The notes below the pieces were generated by a model, which saw only the letters and a program-made list of their open reading frames with translations, searched no databases and had not been told where the DNA came from. This document shows positions 40,065-50,058 of a stretch of DNA of 64,000 bases, one piece after another (the first letter of the stretch is position 1; each line of letters starts with the position of its first letter). The stretch is from the NCBI GenBank assembly GCA_963803435.1, contig CAWDML010000007.1:1-64000 (forward strand), read 5' to 3'. A program made the position numbers and the translations under genes. Origin of the DNA: an uncultured delta proteobacterium (GTDB taxonomy: Bacteria; Myxococcota; Kuafuiibacteriia; Kuafuiibacteriales; Kuafuiibacteriaceae).

Positions 40065-40949
40065 TCAATCTCGGCGACGGCGGCTCCATCGTGCCACGTC
40101 CCGGTGCCGGATCTGGACGCGCCGACCCTGCTCCTCCAGCTGGCGCGCGACCTCGCCCGCAATGACCACGGAGCGATGACGCCCGCCGGTGCAGCCGACC
40201 GCGATCGTCAGATACGCCTTACCCTCCTGGTCGTACTGCGGGAGCAGGTATCCCAGGAAGTCGAGCAGCTTGGCGAGGAAGGCCCGGGCCTCCTCGCGAT
40301 CCATCACGTAGCGGGCGACCGCCTCGTCTTCCCCCGAGTAATCGCGCAGCTCGTCCACGAAGTAGGGGTTGGGGAGGAAACGCACGTCCAGCATCAGGTC
40401 GGCCTCCTGCGGCACGCCGTGCTTGAACCCGAAGGAGAGGACGGTGATGGACATGCCGGTGCCGGCGGTGGGAGCGGAGGCGAACGCAGTCTGGATCTCC
40501 CGCACCAGATCGTGCACCGACATCGAGGTGGTCTTGATGACCGTGGTGGCCGCCTGGCGCAGCGGCTCGAGCATCTGCCGCTCGGCGCCGATACCACCCT
40601 TCACGGAGCCCTGAGCCGACATCGGGTGCCGGCGCCGCGTCTCGGAGTAGCGCCTCTCCAGGACCTCGTCGGAGGCGTCGAGGAAGACCAGGTCGATCTG
40701 GTGGCCCTGCTTCCTCACGTTCTCCAGCAGCGCCGGCATCGCGGTGAGCTCCTCGGGGCTGACCCGCGCCGTCCTGGCGTCGAAGACCAGCGCCAGCTTC
40801 TCGACCTCCGTGGTGCCGATCAGATCGACCACCTGATCGAAGAACCGGAGCGGCAGGTTGTCGATGGCATAGAAGCCGAGATCCTCGAGCGCATGGATCG
40901 CCGTCGACTTGCCGGACCCGCTCATACCGGTGAGGAGCACGATGTGCAC
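40065..40949 (-). CDS. rapZ: RNase adapter RapZ
   Basis: GMSGSGKS, SFGFKHG, DVRFLPNP, GCTGGRHRSV. Confidence 0.95.
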   Translation of the reverse strand: MHIVLLTGMSGSGKSTAIHALEDLGFYAIDNLPLRFFDQVVDLIGTTEVEKLALVFDARTARVSPEELTAMPALLENVRKQGHQIDLVFLDASDEVLERRYSETRRRHPMSAQGSVKGGIGAERQMLEPLRQAATTVIKTTSMSVHDLVREIQTAFASAPTAGTGMSITVLSFGFKHGVPQEADLMLDVRFLPNPYFVDELRDYSGEDEAVARYVMDREEARAFLAKLLDFLGYLLPQYDQEGKAYLTIAVGCTGGRHRSVVIAGEVARQLEEQGRRVQIRHRDVARWSRRRRD

Positions 40950-41947
40950 TACTCGACCTCGTCCTCGATGTGATCCGTGGAGCGCTCGGCCTTCTCCATC
41001 GCCTTCTGGATCCGCCGGCTCAGCTCCTCACCCGCGTGCAAGCCGCGGCGCTGGAGCAGAAAGTTGCGCGCCGCGACCTCGACGATGCCAGCGACGTTGC
41101 GCCCGGGCGACACCGGCAGGAGCAACGACCGGACCTCCTGCCCCAGGATTCCGATGCTCCGTTCCTCGAGCCCGATCCGATCGTAGATGCCTCGGGGCGA
41201 CCAGTGCTCGAGCTCCACCACCAGCTCGATCCGTTTGTGATCTCGGGTCGCGGCGACGCCGTAGAGCTCGGCGATGTTCAACACACCCAGACCGCGAACC
41301 TCGATCAGGTGCCTGATCAGGTCGGAGGCCTGCCCCACCAGATCTTCGCCGCGGCGCCGGATCTCGACCACGTCGTCGGCCACCAGTCGATGCCCGCGCT
41401 CGACCAGGTCCAGGGCGCACTCGCTCTTGCCGATCCCGGAGGCGCCGATGATGAGCACGCCGACGCTGTTCACGTCGACCAGGACGCCGTGCATCGAGCA
41501 GCGGGGTGAAAGCAGGTCGTCCAGGTAGTTCGTGGTCTTGACGATCGCGACCGAGGACGTGATCGCCGTGCGGAACAGAGCCACCGCGCGCTCGTCGCAC
41601 GCCGCGATCAGCTCCGGCGGTGCGGTCAATCCCTTGGTCACGATGATGCACGCGACCTCCAGCTCCACGTAGCCCTGGATCGCCTTTCGCCGCGCGGCCT
41701 CGTCGAGCGTCGCCAGATACGAGATCTCGGTCTCGCCCATGATCTGCACGCGATCGTTGTGGACGAACGAGGTGTGCCCGACCAGCGCGAGCCCCGGCTT
41801 CTGGATACGGACGGAGCGCAGCCTACGCCCCATGCCCTCCTCGCCTCCGATCAGCTCGAGCCTCAGCGCACGCTTGAGGTGCGCATAGAACTCCGCGACC
41901 GTGACCTCGGGTGGAATCGGAAGATCGGTGGTGAGGTCCTCGACCAC
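40949..41947 (-). CDS. hprK: HPr kinase/phosphorylase
   Basis: HGVLV, GASGIGKSE, LVADD, EVRGLG, PGRN. Confidence 0.95.
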   Translation of the reverse strand: MVEDLTTDLPIPPEVTVAEFYAHLKRALRLELIGGEEGMGRRLRSVRIQKPGLALVGHTSFVHNDRVQIMGETEISYLATLDEAARRKAIQGYVELEVACIIVTKGLTAPPELIAACDERAVALFRTAITSSVAIVKTTNYLDDLLSPRCSMHGVLVDVNSVGVLIIGASGIGKSECALDLVERGHRLVADDVVEIRRRGEDLVGQASDLIRHLIEVRGLGVLNIAELYGVAATRDHKRIELVVELEHWSPRGIYDRIGLEERSIGILGQEVRSLLLPVSPGRNVAGIVEVAARNFLLQRRGLHAGEELSRRIQKAMEKAERSTDHIEDEVE

Positions 41948-41956
41948 GTCGGCTCC

Positions 41957-42436
41957 CTAGTTCGTCGGAAGCTTGGTGTCCTTCTCGTAGATGACGGACC
42001 AGAGCTTCTGCGCTTCGTCGCTTCCGAGGAGCCGCTCGCGGAACTCGGCGTCCTTGAACAGGCGGGAGGCGCGCGCGAGCGCCTTCAGGTGAAGACCAGC
42101 GCCTCGCTCGGGCGCGAGCAGCGTCAGGAAGAGGTGGGCAGGACGTCCGTCGAGCGATCCGAACTCGACGCCCTGGGGGCTGCGGGCGAAGCAGGCGATC
42201 GCCCGCGAGATCCGTGGCAGTTTTGCGTGCGGGATCGCGATGCCGTTGCCGATCCCGGTGGAGCCGATCCGCTCCCGCTCGAGAAGAAAGGTCAGGGCCA
42301 GATGTCCATCGACCTCGACGTTCTTCTCGACGATGCGATCGACGAGCTCCGCGAGCACTTCGTCGCGGGTCCTGGCGCGGAGGTTGGGAATGATGAGGTC
42401 CTCCGACAGGATGTCGACGATCATCATCGACCGCAC
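41957..42436 (-). CDS. ptsN: PTS EIIA(Ntr)
   Basis: RERIGSTGIGNGIAIPHA; rpoN-operon position. Confidence 0.9.
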   Translation of the reverse strand: MRSMMIVDILSEDLIIPNLRARTRDEVLAELVDRIVEKNVEVDGHLALTFLLERERIGSTGIGNGIAIPHAKLPRISRAIACFARSPQGVEFGSLDGRPAHLFLTLLAPERGAGLHLKALARASRLFKDAEFRERLLGSDEAQKLWSVIYEKDTKLPTN

Positions 42437-42474
42437 CCTACCACCGGATTGCGGGCGAAGGACCAGAGAGTTTC

Positions 42475-43029
42475 TCAGGCGGCGTGGGCTTCGATCAGGC
42501 CGTACTGTCCATCGGAGAGGCGATAGACCACGTTGACCTGCCGGCTGGAGGCATTGGTAAAAACCAGGAAGTCAGTATGCAGGAGGTCCATCTGCATCAC
42601 GGCATCGTCGATGTTCATCTCTCGCGCCACGATGGTTTCGGTCCTCACGATCCGCGGCGGAGCGACGGTTCCGTTGCTCCCGGATTCCTCGCCGGCCTCC
42701 AGGATCTGGTGCGGGAGCTCGCGGCCGTTCGTGCCCTCGCGGTGGCTCTTGATCTTTTCTCGATACCGTTTGACCTGGCGGACGATCTTGTCCACCGCCA
42801 TGTCGATCGAGCCGTACATGTCCTCCGATTTCTCGATCGATCGAATGCGCAGCGCTCCCTCGGTGAGGAGCTCGATGTGAGCGACGTGGAGGTGCTTCTC
42901 CACGGACAAGACAATCTGGGCTTCACCACCTCGGTCGATGATCCTGGTGATCTTGTCGATGCGGTCCTCCGCATACTCGCGGATCGGATCGCTGGGCTTG
43001 ATGTGGCGAAAGGTCACGGAGACTTTCAT
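42475..43029 (-). CDS. hpf: Ribosome hibernation factor (long HPF)
   Basis: DMYGSIDMAVDK..QVKRY; C-terminal FLVFTN..NVVYR..YGLIE. Confidence 0.92.
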   Translation of the reverse strand: MKVSVTFRHIKPSDPIREYAEDRIDKITRIIDRGGEAQIVLSVEKHLHVAHIELLTEGALRIRSIEKSEDMYGSIDMAVDKIVRQVKRYREKIKSHREGTNGRELPHQILEAGEESGSNGTVAPPRIVRTETIVAREMNIDDAVMQMDLLHTDFLVFTNASSRQVNVVYRLSDGQYGLIEAHAA

Positions 43030-43088
43030 TCGGCGCTCTTTCCCTTGTTTTCAAGGCGAACCGGTCAAGCTTCGGATGTGACTTCAGG

Positions 43089-44558
43089 TCAGAGAATCTT
43101 CCTTCGCTTCGAGGAAGAGAGGATCCCCATCGCTTCGCGATACTTGGCGACGGTTCGTCGCGCGATGTTGATGTTTTCTTTCTTCAGGACGTCGACGATC
43201 GCTTGGTCGCTGTACGGTCTCTTCGTATCCTCCCCGTCGATAATCTGCTTGATTCGATGCTTGACGGAGGCGCTCGCGACATCGTCTCCGTCGGACCGAC
43301 CGATGCTGCTGTTGAAGAAGTACTTCAGCTCGAAGATTCCCTGCGGCGTGTGAACGTACTTGTTCGAAGTGACGCGCGAGATGGTCGATTCGTGCATCCC
43401 GATGTCTTCCGCAACGTCGCGCAGGATCAGGGGCTTCAGCTCTCCGATCCCGCGATCGAAGAACTCGCGCTGGAACTTCAAGATCGACTCCATCACCTTG
43501 TAGATCGTGCGCTGCCGCTGATGGATCGAACGGATCAACCACTGGGCTGATCGCAACTTGTCCTGCACGTAGCTCTTGGCCTCACCGTTCATCCCGTTGC
43601 TCAGCGCAGCCCGGTAGTACTTGGACACGCGGAGCATCGGGAGGCCGTCCTCGTTCTGCACGATGACGTAGTCGTCGCCGACCTTGTGCACGTAGATGTC
43701 GGGGGTGATGTAGATGGAGTCCTCGCCTCCGAAGTTGCGGGCCGGACGCGGGTCGAGCCGCTGGATGAGCTTCAGCGACCGCGCCACCTCCTCGATCGGG
43801 ACCTCCTCGGCCTTGGCGATCGCCTGGAAGTTCCGCTTCTCGAGCTCGCCCAGGTACTCCTCGATCATCTTCTCGGCCAGCTTGTTGACCGGCGGCTGGG
43901 CGCGCAGCTGGATGAGCAGGCACTCCTTCAGATCCCGGGCCGCCACTCCGATCGGGTCGAACTTCTGGACCAGCTGGAGGACGCGCTCCACGTGATCGAC
44001 GCTGACGCCCAGCCGGATCGCGATGTCCTCGCACGGCCGTTCGCCGGCCAGGAAGCCCTGGTCGTCGAGGCCGCCGATGATCTCCATGGCGATCGATTTG
44101 TCCGACTCCACCAGGTTGGAGAGGTTGAGCTGCCAGACCAGGTGATCGTAGAGAGTCTCGGGAGTGGAGAGGGTCTGCTCGAGGTTCGGAAGGTCGTCGG
44201 CTGACTGCTTGATGCTGGGGCCGCTGGGGGGCGCCGAATTGTAGGACTCGAGCCACTGCTGCCAATCGATGTCGTTGGCGTTGTCCTTGTCGCCGCTGAC
44301 CTCGCTGGGCCGGTCGAGCTCGACCTTCTCCTCGACCTTGGGGGCGTCGCCCATGATGGCGGCTTCGGCCTCCAGGTTTTCGACGTCTGGACGGAGCTCC
44401 TCCTCCAGGGCCGGATTCTGCTCGAGCTCGGCGTTGATGGCGTCGACCAGCTCCATCCGGGACAGCTGCAGCAAACGGATCGCCTGCTGCAGCTGCGGCG
44501 TCATCACCAGTGTTTGCTGGAGTTTGAGATTGAGACTTTGCCTAAGCTCTAGCTGCAT
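43089..44558 (-). CDS. rpoN: RNA polymerase sigma-54 factor
   Basis: MTPQLQQAIRLLQL, HESTISR, RpoN box ARRTVAKYRE. Confidence 0.97.
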   Translation of the reverse strand: MQLELRQSLNLKLQQTLVMTPQLQQAIRLLQLSRMELVDAINAELEQNPALEEELRPDVENLEAEAAIMGDAPKVEEKVELDRPSEVSGDKDNANDIDWQQWLESYNSAPPSGPSIKQSADDLPNLEQTLSTPETLYDHLVWQLNLSNLVESDKSIAMEIIGGLDDQGFLAGERPCEDIAIRLGVSVDHVERVLQLVQKFDPIGVAARDLKECLLIQLRAQPPVNKLAEKMIEEYLGELEKRNFQAIAKAEEVPIEEVARSLKLIQRLDPRPARNFGGEDSIYITPDIYVHKVGDDYVIVQNEDGLPMLRVSKYYRAALSNGMNGEAKSYVQDKLRSAQWLIRSIHQRQRTIYKVMESILKFQREFFDRGIGELKPLILRDVAEDIGMHESTISRVTSNKYVHTPQGIFELKYFFNSSIGRSDGDDVASASVKHRIKQIIDGEDTKRPYSDQAIVDVLKKENINIARRTVAKYREAMGILSSSKRRKIL

Positions 44559-44587
44559 CGTCGGCTTGCATTGTATAGAGAACCGGC

Positions 44588-44658
44588 TGGCCTTTCAATT
44601 GACTGGGGAAAGTTTGGCCCGATCTCTGCATTCTGAAATTTTTGGCCCAAGACGTGCT
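44588..44658 (+). promoter_or_regulatory. Three tandem sigma54-box-like motifs, antisense and upstream of rpoN
   Basis: TGGC starts at 44588, 44615 and 44643; two exact GG-N10-GC and one GG-N10-GA. Confidence 0.55.
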
Positions 44659-44692
44659 TGACTTCGAGTCAGAGTCGCGTTGCGCACCATGA

Positions 44693-45421
44693 TCAGAGCG
44701 AAAAGCGTTCACCGAGATACTTGCTTCGCGCCGCCTCGCTCTGTGCGATCTCCTCGCGCGTTCCGTGGAGCAGCACTCGCCCCGAGACCAAGATGTAAGC
44801 CCGCGAGCAGATGCCGAGGGTCTCACGAACGTTGTGGTCCGTCATCAGGACACCGATCCCCCGCTCGACCAGATGGGCGATCAGCGCCTGCAGCTCGCCG
44901 ACGGCGATCGGATCGATGCCGGCGAAGGGTTCGTCGAGCAGCACGATCTTGGGATCCATCGCCAAGCAGCGCGCGATCTCGACCCGGCGGCGCTCACCGC
45001 CGGAGAGGTGCTCTCCCAGCGAGCGCCGGACGGCCCCGAGCTCGAGCTCCTCGATCAACGCGTCGGCGCGCGCCTGTTGCTCGCTCCTGGAGAGCGTGCG
45101 AGAGAGCTCGAGGACCGCGCGCAGGTTGTCCTCCACCGTCAGCCTGCGGAACACTGACGCCTCCTGCGGCAAATACCCGAGACCGCGCGTGGCGCGCACG
45201 TGCATCGGCTGATCCGTGACGTCCTCACCGGCCAGGATCACGCGCCCGCCCTCGGGCCGGATCAGGCCGACCACCATGTTGAAGGACGTGGTCTTGCCCG
45301 CACCATTGGGGCCCAGCAGACCGACGACCTCGCGCGGGCTCACCTCGAAGGACACACGGTCGACCACCCGGCGAGCGCGATAGGACTTCACCAGCTCGAT
45401 GGCCTCCAGCCCGGCGCCCAT
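44693..45421 (-). CDS. lptB: LPS export ABC ATPase
   Basis: GPNGAGKTT, YLPQE, LSGGERRR, DEPFAGIDP, TDHNVRETL. Confidence 0.95.
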   Translation of the reverse strand: MGAGLEAIELVKSYRARRVVDRVSFEVSPREVVGLLGPNGAGKTTSFNMVVGLIRPEGGRVILAGEDVTDQPMHVRATRGLGYLPQEASVFRRLTVEDNLRAVLELSRTLSRSEQQARADALIEELELGAVRRSLGEHLSGGERRRVEIARCLAMDPKIVLLDEPFAGIDPIAVGELQALIAHLVERGIGVLMTDHNVRETLGICSRAYILVSGRVLLHGTREEIAQSEAARSKYLGERFSL

Positions 45422-45450
45422 GCCCCGACTCTATAGCAGAACGCGCGCTC

Positions 45451-45981
45451 GTGTCGGGACTTGACGTCACCGTCCCGAGCGCGTGCCATGGCGTCGTGCG
45501 CTGGCCTGGCTGGGTGCTGCTCGTCGCCTTCGGTGGGCCTCCGCAAGACCGCTTGCGCGCGGAGGGCGAGCCGGTCGAGCTCTCCGCCAAGGGCGGGATC
45601 TCAATCGACCTCAACCGGAACGTCGGGATCGCGCACCACGACGTCGTCATCCGGCGCAAGGACGTGACGGTCTGCTGCGACGAGGCCGAGGCGAGCTACT
45701 CCGGCGGCCACATCGAGCGCATCACCTGCCGCGGCCGGGTGGTGATCGTCCGCCCCGACGGCACACAGGCCACCGCCGGAGTCGCGGTCTACGAGGCGGC
45801 CGGCGACACCGTCACGCTCACCGGACAGCCTCGCGTGTTCGCGAAGGATGCGCACCTGAGCGGCGAGAAGATCGTCTACGACATCGGGAAGGATCGGCTG
45901 GAGGTCGCCGGGAAGAAGAGCAAGTTCTCCTTCGCGCCCACCGCCAAGGTACCCGCCCTCCGCAAGTGCCCCGCGCGTTGA
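45451..45981 (+). CDS. LptA/OstA-family protein
   Basis: Beta-jellyroll pattern, VTLTGQPRV..LSGEKIVYDI; start may be 45496. Confidence 0.75.
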   Translation: MSGLDVTVPSACHGVVRWPGWVLLVAFGGPPQDRLRAEGEPVELSAKGGISIDLNRNVGIAHHDVVIRRKDVTVCCDEAEASYSGGHIERITCRGRVVIVRPDGTQATAGVAVYEAAGDTVTLTGQPRVFAKDAHLSGEKIVYDIGKDRLEVAGKKSKFSFAPTAKVPALRKCPAR

Positions 45982-46066
45982 GAACCGGTCCTAGACCTCC
46001 GATCGTTCGGTGTCTGTGTTTCGGCGTTAGGAGCGTGTCGAGATCAAGGGTGCTGTCGCCATCGGC

Positions 46067-47503
46067 TCAGGGCGTCGTGCGCCGCCCGACATCCGGATCG
46101 AGGAGCCAGTCGCCGACGGTGGGCCGGCCCAGCGACTCGACGTAGCGAGCCAGATCCCAGCGCTCGTCGTCGGAGATCTGCGTGAACGCGGGCATCGGCG
46201 ATCCGGACAGCCCGGTGGAGAGCGCGCGGAACACGACGCGAACGCCGGCGCCGCCCTTGTAGTATTGCCGCGTGAGATCGGTGGCGTGAACCGGCGAGCC
46301 CCAGTCGTCGAGGAGGTGGGTCTGCTCGGCGTCGGTCCCGTCGCCGTCCGTGCCGTGACACTGCGCGCACTTGAGCTTCGCATACAGCCCCCGGCCGCGC
46401 TCGATGGAGCCGAGCGAGGCCGGCGGCGGCTCGGGGATGGCGAGCCGTTCGATCGGGGGCGCCTCGAGCGCGCGCGGCGAGAGCGTGCTCACGTACTCGG
46501 CCAGCAGGCGTCGTTGCTCGGGCCTCAGGCGGCGCGCGAACGGCGGCATCTCCGAGCCGGGGATGCCGACGGAGATGGTGCGGACGAGATCGTCGAGCGT
46601 GGCCCGTCTTCCGGACGGCGTGGTTCGGAACTTGAACTCACCTGCCGTGAAGTCGCGCGGCTTCGAGGAGAGGTAGCGCGCGCTGGGTCCACGGCCGTCG
46701 CCCCGCACGCCGTGACAGTGAGCGCAGTGGGCGAGGTAGAGCGGGCGAGCCTCGTGCGCCAGCCGCTCGCGGAGGTCCTCACCCGTCGACGGCAGCGCCG
46801 CCACCTGGGGGATCGCTTCGGCGGGCGGCTCCGGGCGGCTCAGCTTCGGTCCGGGAGTGTCGTCGAGCATCACCTCGATCGCGACGGTCTTGCCCGGCTC
46901 GACGTCCACCTCGACGTCGCGCGTGCCGAGCCGCTCGTGCCACAGCGAAAGGCGTCGCGTCCCCGCCGGCAGGCCCTCGATGAGGAACGTGCCGTCCTCG
47001 GCCGTGACCGCGTGAAACCGATGCGGGACCACCACCGCATACGCATTCATCCACCAGTGCCCCGAGTCGCAGGCCATCCGATAGATCCCGAGGCGATCGA
47101 GTCGCCGCTTCACGGTGACGCCCCGGAGCGGCATTCCGAGGTTGAAGATCGTCTCCTTCCCGATCCTCGCGTGGACGTTGTGAATGATCGGATCCGAGTT
47201 GCCGATGACCAGATCCGCACCGAGCGTCACCGCCTGCACGTGCGGGACGAACGAGCAGTTCTCCTGGTCGAGACGTGCGGAGGCAGGCGCAGGATCGGAT
47301 TCGGCCGGCATGTCGGCGACCACCACGACATTGGCGAGGCGGTCGTCCTGCAACCGCAGATCGTCGGGGAGGATCGGCTCGGTCCGCCCGCACGTACGGG
47401 GGTCGATGTCGACGAGGATCGCCGGCGACGGTTCGAGCGCACCGCGGTAGCGGACGGTGCCGGAGACCGCGCCCGTCTGGGCGATGAGGAGCAGCGCGAT
47501 CAT
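46067..47503 (-). CDS. Exported cupredoxin-like/carboxypeptidase-regulatory domain fused to two c-type cytochrome domains
   Basis: NSDPIIHNVH..CDSGHWWM; CAHCH and CAQCH each with downstream MP. Confidence 0.8.
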   Translation of the reverse strand: MIALLLIAQTGAVSGTVRYRGALEPSPAILVDIDPRTCGRTEPILPDDLRLQDDRLANVVVVADMPAESDPAPASARLDQENCSFVPHVQAVTLGADLVIGNSDPIIHNVHARIGKETIFNLGMPLRGVTVKRRLDRLGIYRMACDSGHWWMNAYAVVVPHRFHAVTAEDGTFLIEGLPAGTRRLSLWHERLGTRDVEVDVEPGKTVAIEVMLDDTPGPKLSRPEPPAEAIPQVAALPSTGEDLRERLAHEARPLYLAHCAHCHGVRGDGRGPSARYLSSKPRDFTAGEFKFRTTPSGRRATLDDLVRTISVGIPGSEMPPFARRLRPEQRRLLAEYVSTLSPRALEAPPIERLAIPEPPPASLGSIERGRGLYAKLKCAQCHGTDGDGTDAEQTHLLDDWGSPVHATDLTRQYYKGGAGVRVVFRALSTGLSGSPMPAFTQISDDERWDLARYVESLGRPTVGDWLLDPDVGRRTTP

Positions 47504-48687
47504 AGATACACGTGGAGGAAGAGGACGAAGTCGGTGATCTCCGTATCGCCCAGCTGCTGTCGTACCATCGCCCGCACCTCGGAGAACGGGAGGGGAAAGA
47601 GCTCGAGCGCCAGGCTGAGCCGATGATCGAGACGACCCCCGGCATGAAGATCGGGATCCGCGACCTCCCAGCCGACCAGCGCCTCGAGCCCTTGGATGAG
47701 GAGCAGATCGAGCTCGAGGTAGCCCGCCGCGCCCTCGGCCCGGCCGAGCCCCTCGGCGTAATACCGATCGCGTACGAGGGCCGCATCCCCGAGCAGCGAG
47801 AGCCGGCCCAGGTTGAGAGTGAAAAAGCCGCCGGCCCGCAGCTCGTCGAGCCCCTGTCGGGCGAGATCCGGATCGATGCGCGGCGCGAACAGTGGATTCG
47901 CGCGGTCGAAGTCCTGGTTGTAGTAGACGGAGCCGCCCGCCGAGATCCTCATCGGGCCCAGCATCAGCCGCGTCTCGACGCGCGCCAGCGCCGCCTTGTC
48001 GAAGGCCCGGTGCGTCTGCTTGGGCAGGTCGAACACCTCGCCGAACGTTCCATTGAGGAGCGCGATGGCGGCGCCGAAGTACCGGCTGTCGAGCGTCACC
48101 TCCAACCCGGTGTCCTGCGCCGCCGGGCCGAACCCGAGCCGTTCGCGGGTGAACACCGTGTGGTTCGCGAAGTGGATGCCGAAGGCAGGATAGAAGCGGC
48201 CCGCACGCAAGAGGATATCGAAATCATCCAGCCCCGAGAAGGGACGCACCGCCGCCCACGCCTCGAATCCCGAGTTCACGCCGATGTCGAGCACCAGCGA
48301 CAGGTGCGGCCCGAGACGCGCCACGTGGTAGAGGTCGGCCTGCATCAGGAAGAAGGTGGTCGAGATCGATTGGTCCTTGGGCGCGACCAGCGTGTAGACG
48401 GCGCGGAGGTCGCCGCCAATCGCGAGCCACTCGGTGATGGCACCGTCGAACGGGACCACGGGTTCGTCGTCATCGCCCTCAATCCAATCGACGTCGCCAC
48501 CGCCCAGCGCCAGCCATTCACTCCCGAAGACGCGCCCGAAGTCGTTGCGGGGTCCGCCGCCGGTGGGGCTCTCGTGGCACATCAGACAGCGCATGCGGGT
48601 CCGGGCCGCGAAGCGCGGCAGCGACCAGGCGGTGCCGGGAAGACACAGCATCATCGCACACGCGACTGCACCTGTTGGGATCCGCAC
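47500..48687 (-). CDS. Probable outer-membrane beta-barrel with N-terminal haem c motif
   Basis: Signal peptide, CLMCH, amphipathic strands, C-terminal LHVYL. Confidence 0.65.
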   Translation of the reverse strand: MRIPTGAVACAMMLCLPGTAWSLPRFAARTRMRCLMCHESPTGGGPRNDFGRVFGSEWLALGGGDVDWIEGDDDEPVVPFDGAITEWLAIGGDLRAVYTLVAPKDQSISTTFFLMQADLYHVARLGPHLSLVLDIGVNSGFEAWAAVRPFSGLDDFDILLRAGRFYPAFGIHFANHTVFTRERLGFGPAAQDTGLEVTLDSRYFGAAIALLNGTFGEVFDLPKQTHRAFDKAALARVETRLMLGPMRISAGGSVYYNQDFDRANPLFAPRIDPDLARQGLDELRAGGFFTLNLGRLSLLGDAALVRDRYYAEGLGRAEGAAGYLELDLLLIQGLEALVGWEVADPDLHAGGRLDHRLSLALELFPLPFSEVRAMVRQQLGDTEITDFVLFLHVYL

Positions 48688-50052
48688 TCAGAAGCGCACC
48701 ATGACCCGATCCGAAACCGAGCGCCACCGCACGCGGCGGCGATGGCCGCGTCCGTCCTCGAACACCAATACGACCGGACGCTCCGCCGAGAGGATCGCCG
48801 TCATCGGGGTCCGGCCCAGGACGCCACCGCCCTCCAGCGAGACCCGAACGCCCGGCGGGCTCGACTCAATCGACACCTCGACGGGACCGGTCAGCACCGG
48901 ACCAGGCGGGCGCCGGTGGCGAGCCTTGCGCGTGCGCGGCGGCGGCGGCGATGGCGGCAGATCGGCCTCCGCCGCCGGGGACGGGCTCGAGGTCGCAGGG
49001 GGCAGCGCATCCGGGAACGCGGGGCGGAACGGCGCAGCGACCGCAATCGGTTCGGGCGGAGCGTCCCCCGCAATCCACCATCCGAGAGCGACACATGCGA
49101 CCGCCACCAGCGCGAGGGCGCGGGCGGCACGACCGAGAGTCCGCGGCCGCTCCGACTCGAGGAGGGCCACGACCTCATCGGCGCTCCTCGGCCGATCCTC
49201 GGGCTGCTTCGCGAGGAGCCTCATCACCAGGCGCTGCAGCTCGCCTCCCACCCTGAGGGGCGCGGGCGCGCGGCGCACGTGCGCGATGAGGATCTCCTGG
49301 ATGGTGTCACCCTCGAACGGGCGCTTCCCGGCCAGCGTCTCGTAGAGTGTCACGCCCAGCGAGTAGAGATCGGCGCTCGGCGCTGGCGGCGCCGCATCGA
49401 TCAGCTCGGGCGCCATGTAGTGCGGCGTTCCCACGACGACGCCGACCTGCGTGAGGCGCTTCTCCGGGTCGGCCTCCGCCAGCCCCACCAGGCCGAAGTC
49501 GAGGATCTTCGCCACCTCTCGGCCGTTCTCTCGAGCCAGCATGATGTTGCTCGGCTTCAGGTCGCGGTGCACGAACCCGAGCCGGTGGGCTGCGCTCAGC
49601 CCCCGCGCCACGTCGAGCGCGATCCGGCGGGTACGCTCGAGCTCCAGGGGTCCGCGTGCGATCTCCTGAGCGAGCGTCTTGCCCTCGATGAGCTCCATCG
49701 CCTGATAGATGAGCCCGTTCTCGCCCACGCCGAAGTCGACAATCCGCACCACGTTCGGATGGATGATCCGACTCATGGCGTGGGCTTCACGGTGAAAACG
49801 TTCGGCGACGATCACCCGGCACGCCATCTCACCGAGCAGGATCTTCACGGCCGCCGGCGCACCCAGCACCGTGTGTCGCGCCCGGTAGACGATGGCGACA
49901 CCGCCCATGCCGATCCGCCGCTCGATCCGATATCGACCTACCGTCCGACCGACCAGGACGTCGACGTCATCCGGGTTGAGCTCCGCCCCGTCGAGCCCGC
50001 AGTGATCCATCCCCGAGGCGTAGATGAGACCGCAGCACGGACAGCTTCGCAC
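48688..50052 (-). CDS. Ser/Thr protein kinase with TM and PEGA-like domain
   Basis: GMGG, AVK, HRDLKPSN, DFG, GTPHYMAPE; SSPPGV..GRTP. Confidence 0.92.
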   Translation of the reverse strand: MRSCPCCGLIYASGMDHCGLDGAELNPDDVDVLVGRTVGRYRIERRIGMGGVAIVYRARHTVLGAPAAVKILLGEMACRVIVAERFHREAHAMSRIIHPNVVRIVDFGVGENGLIYQAMELIEGKTLAQEIARGPLELERTRRIALDVARGLSAAHRLGFVHRDLKPSNIMLARENGREVAKILDFGLVGLAEADPEKRLTQVGVVVGTPHYMAPELIDAAPPAPSADLYSLGVTLYETLAGKRPFEGDTIQEILIAHVRRAPAPLRVGGELQRLVMRLLAKQPEDRPRSADEVVALLESERPRTLGRAARALALVAVACVALGWWIAGDAPPEPIAVAAPFRPAFPDALPPATSSPSPAAEADLPPSPPPPRTRKARHRRPPGPVLTGPVEVSIESSPPGVRVSLEGGGVLGRTPMTAILSAERPVVLVFEDGRGHRRRVRWRSVSDRVMVRF

Positions 50053-50058
50053 TCGCCG

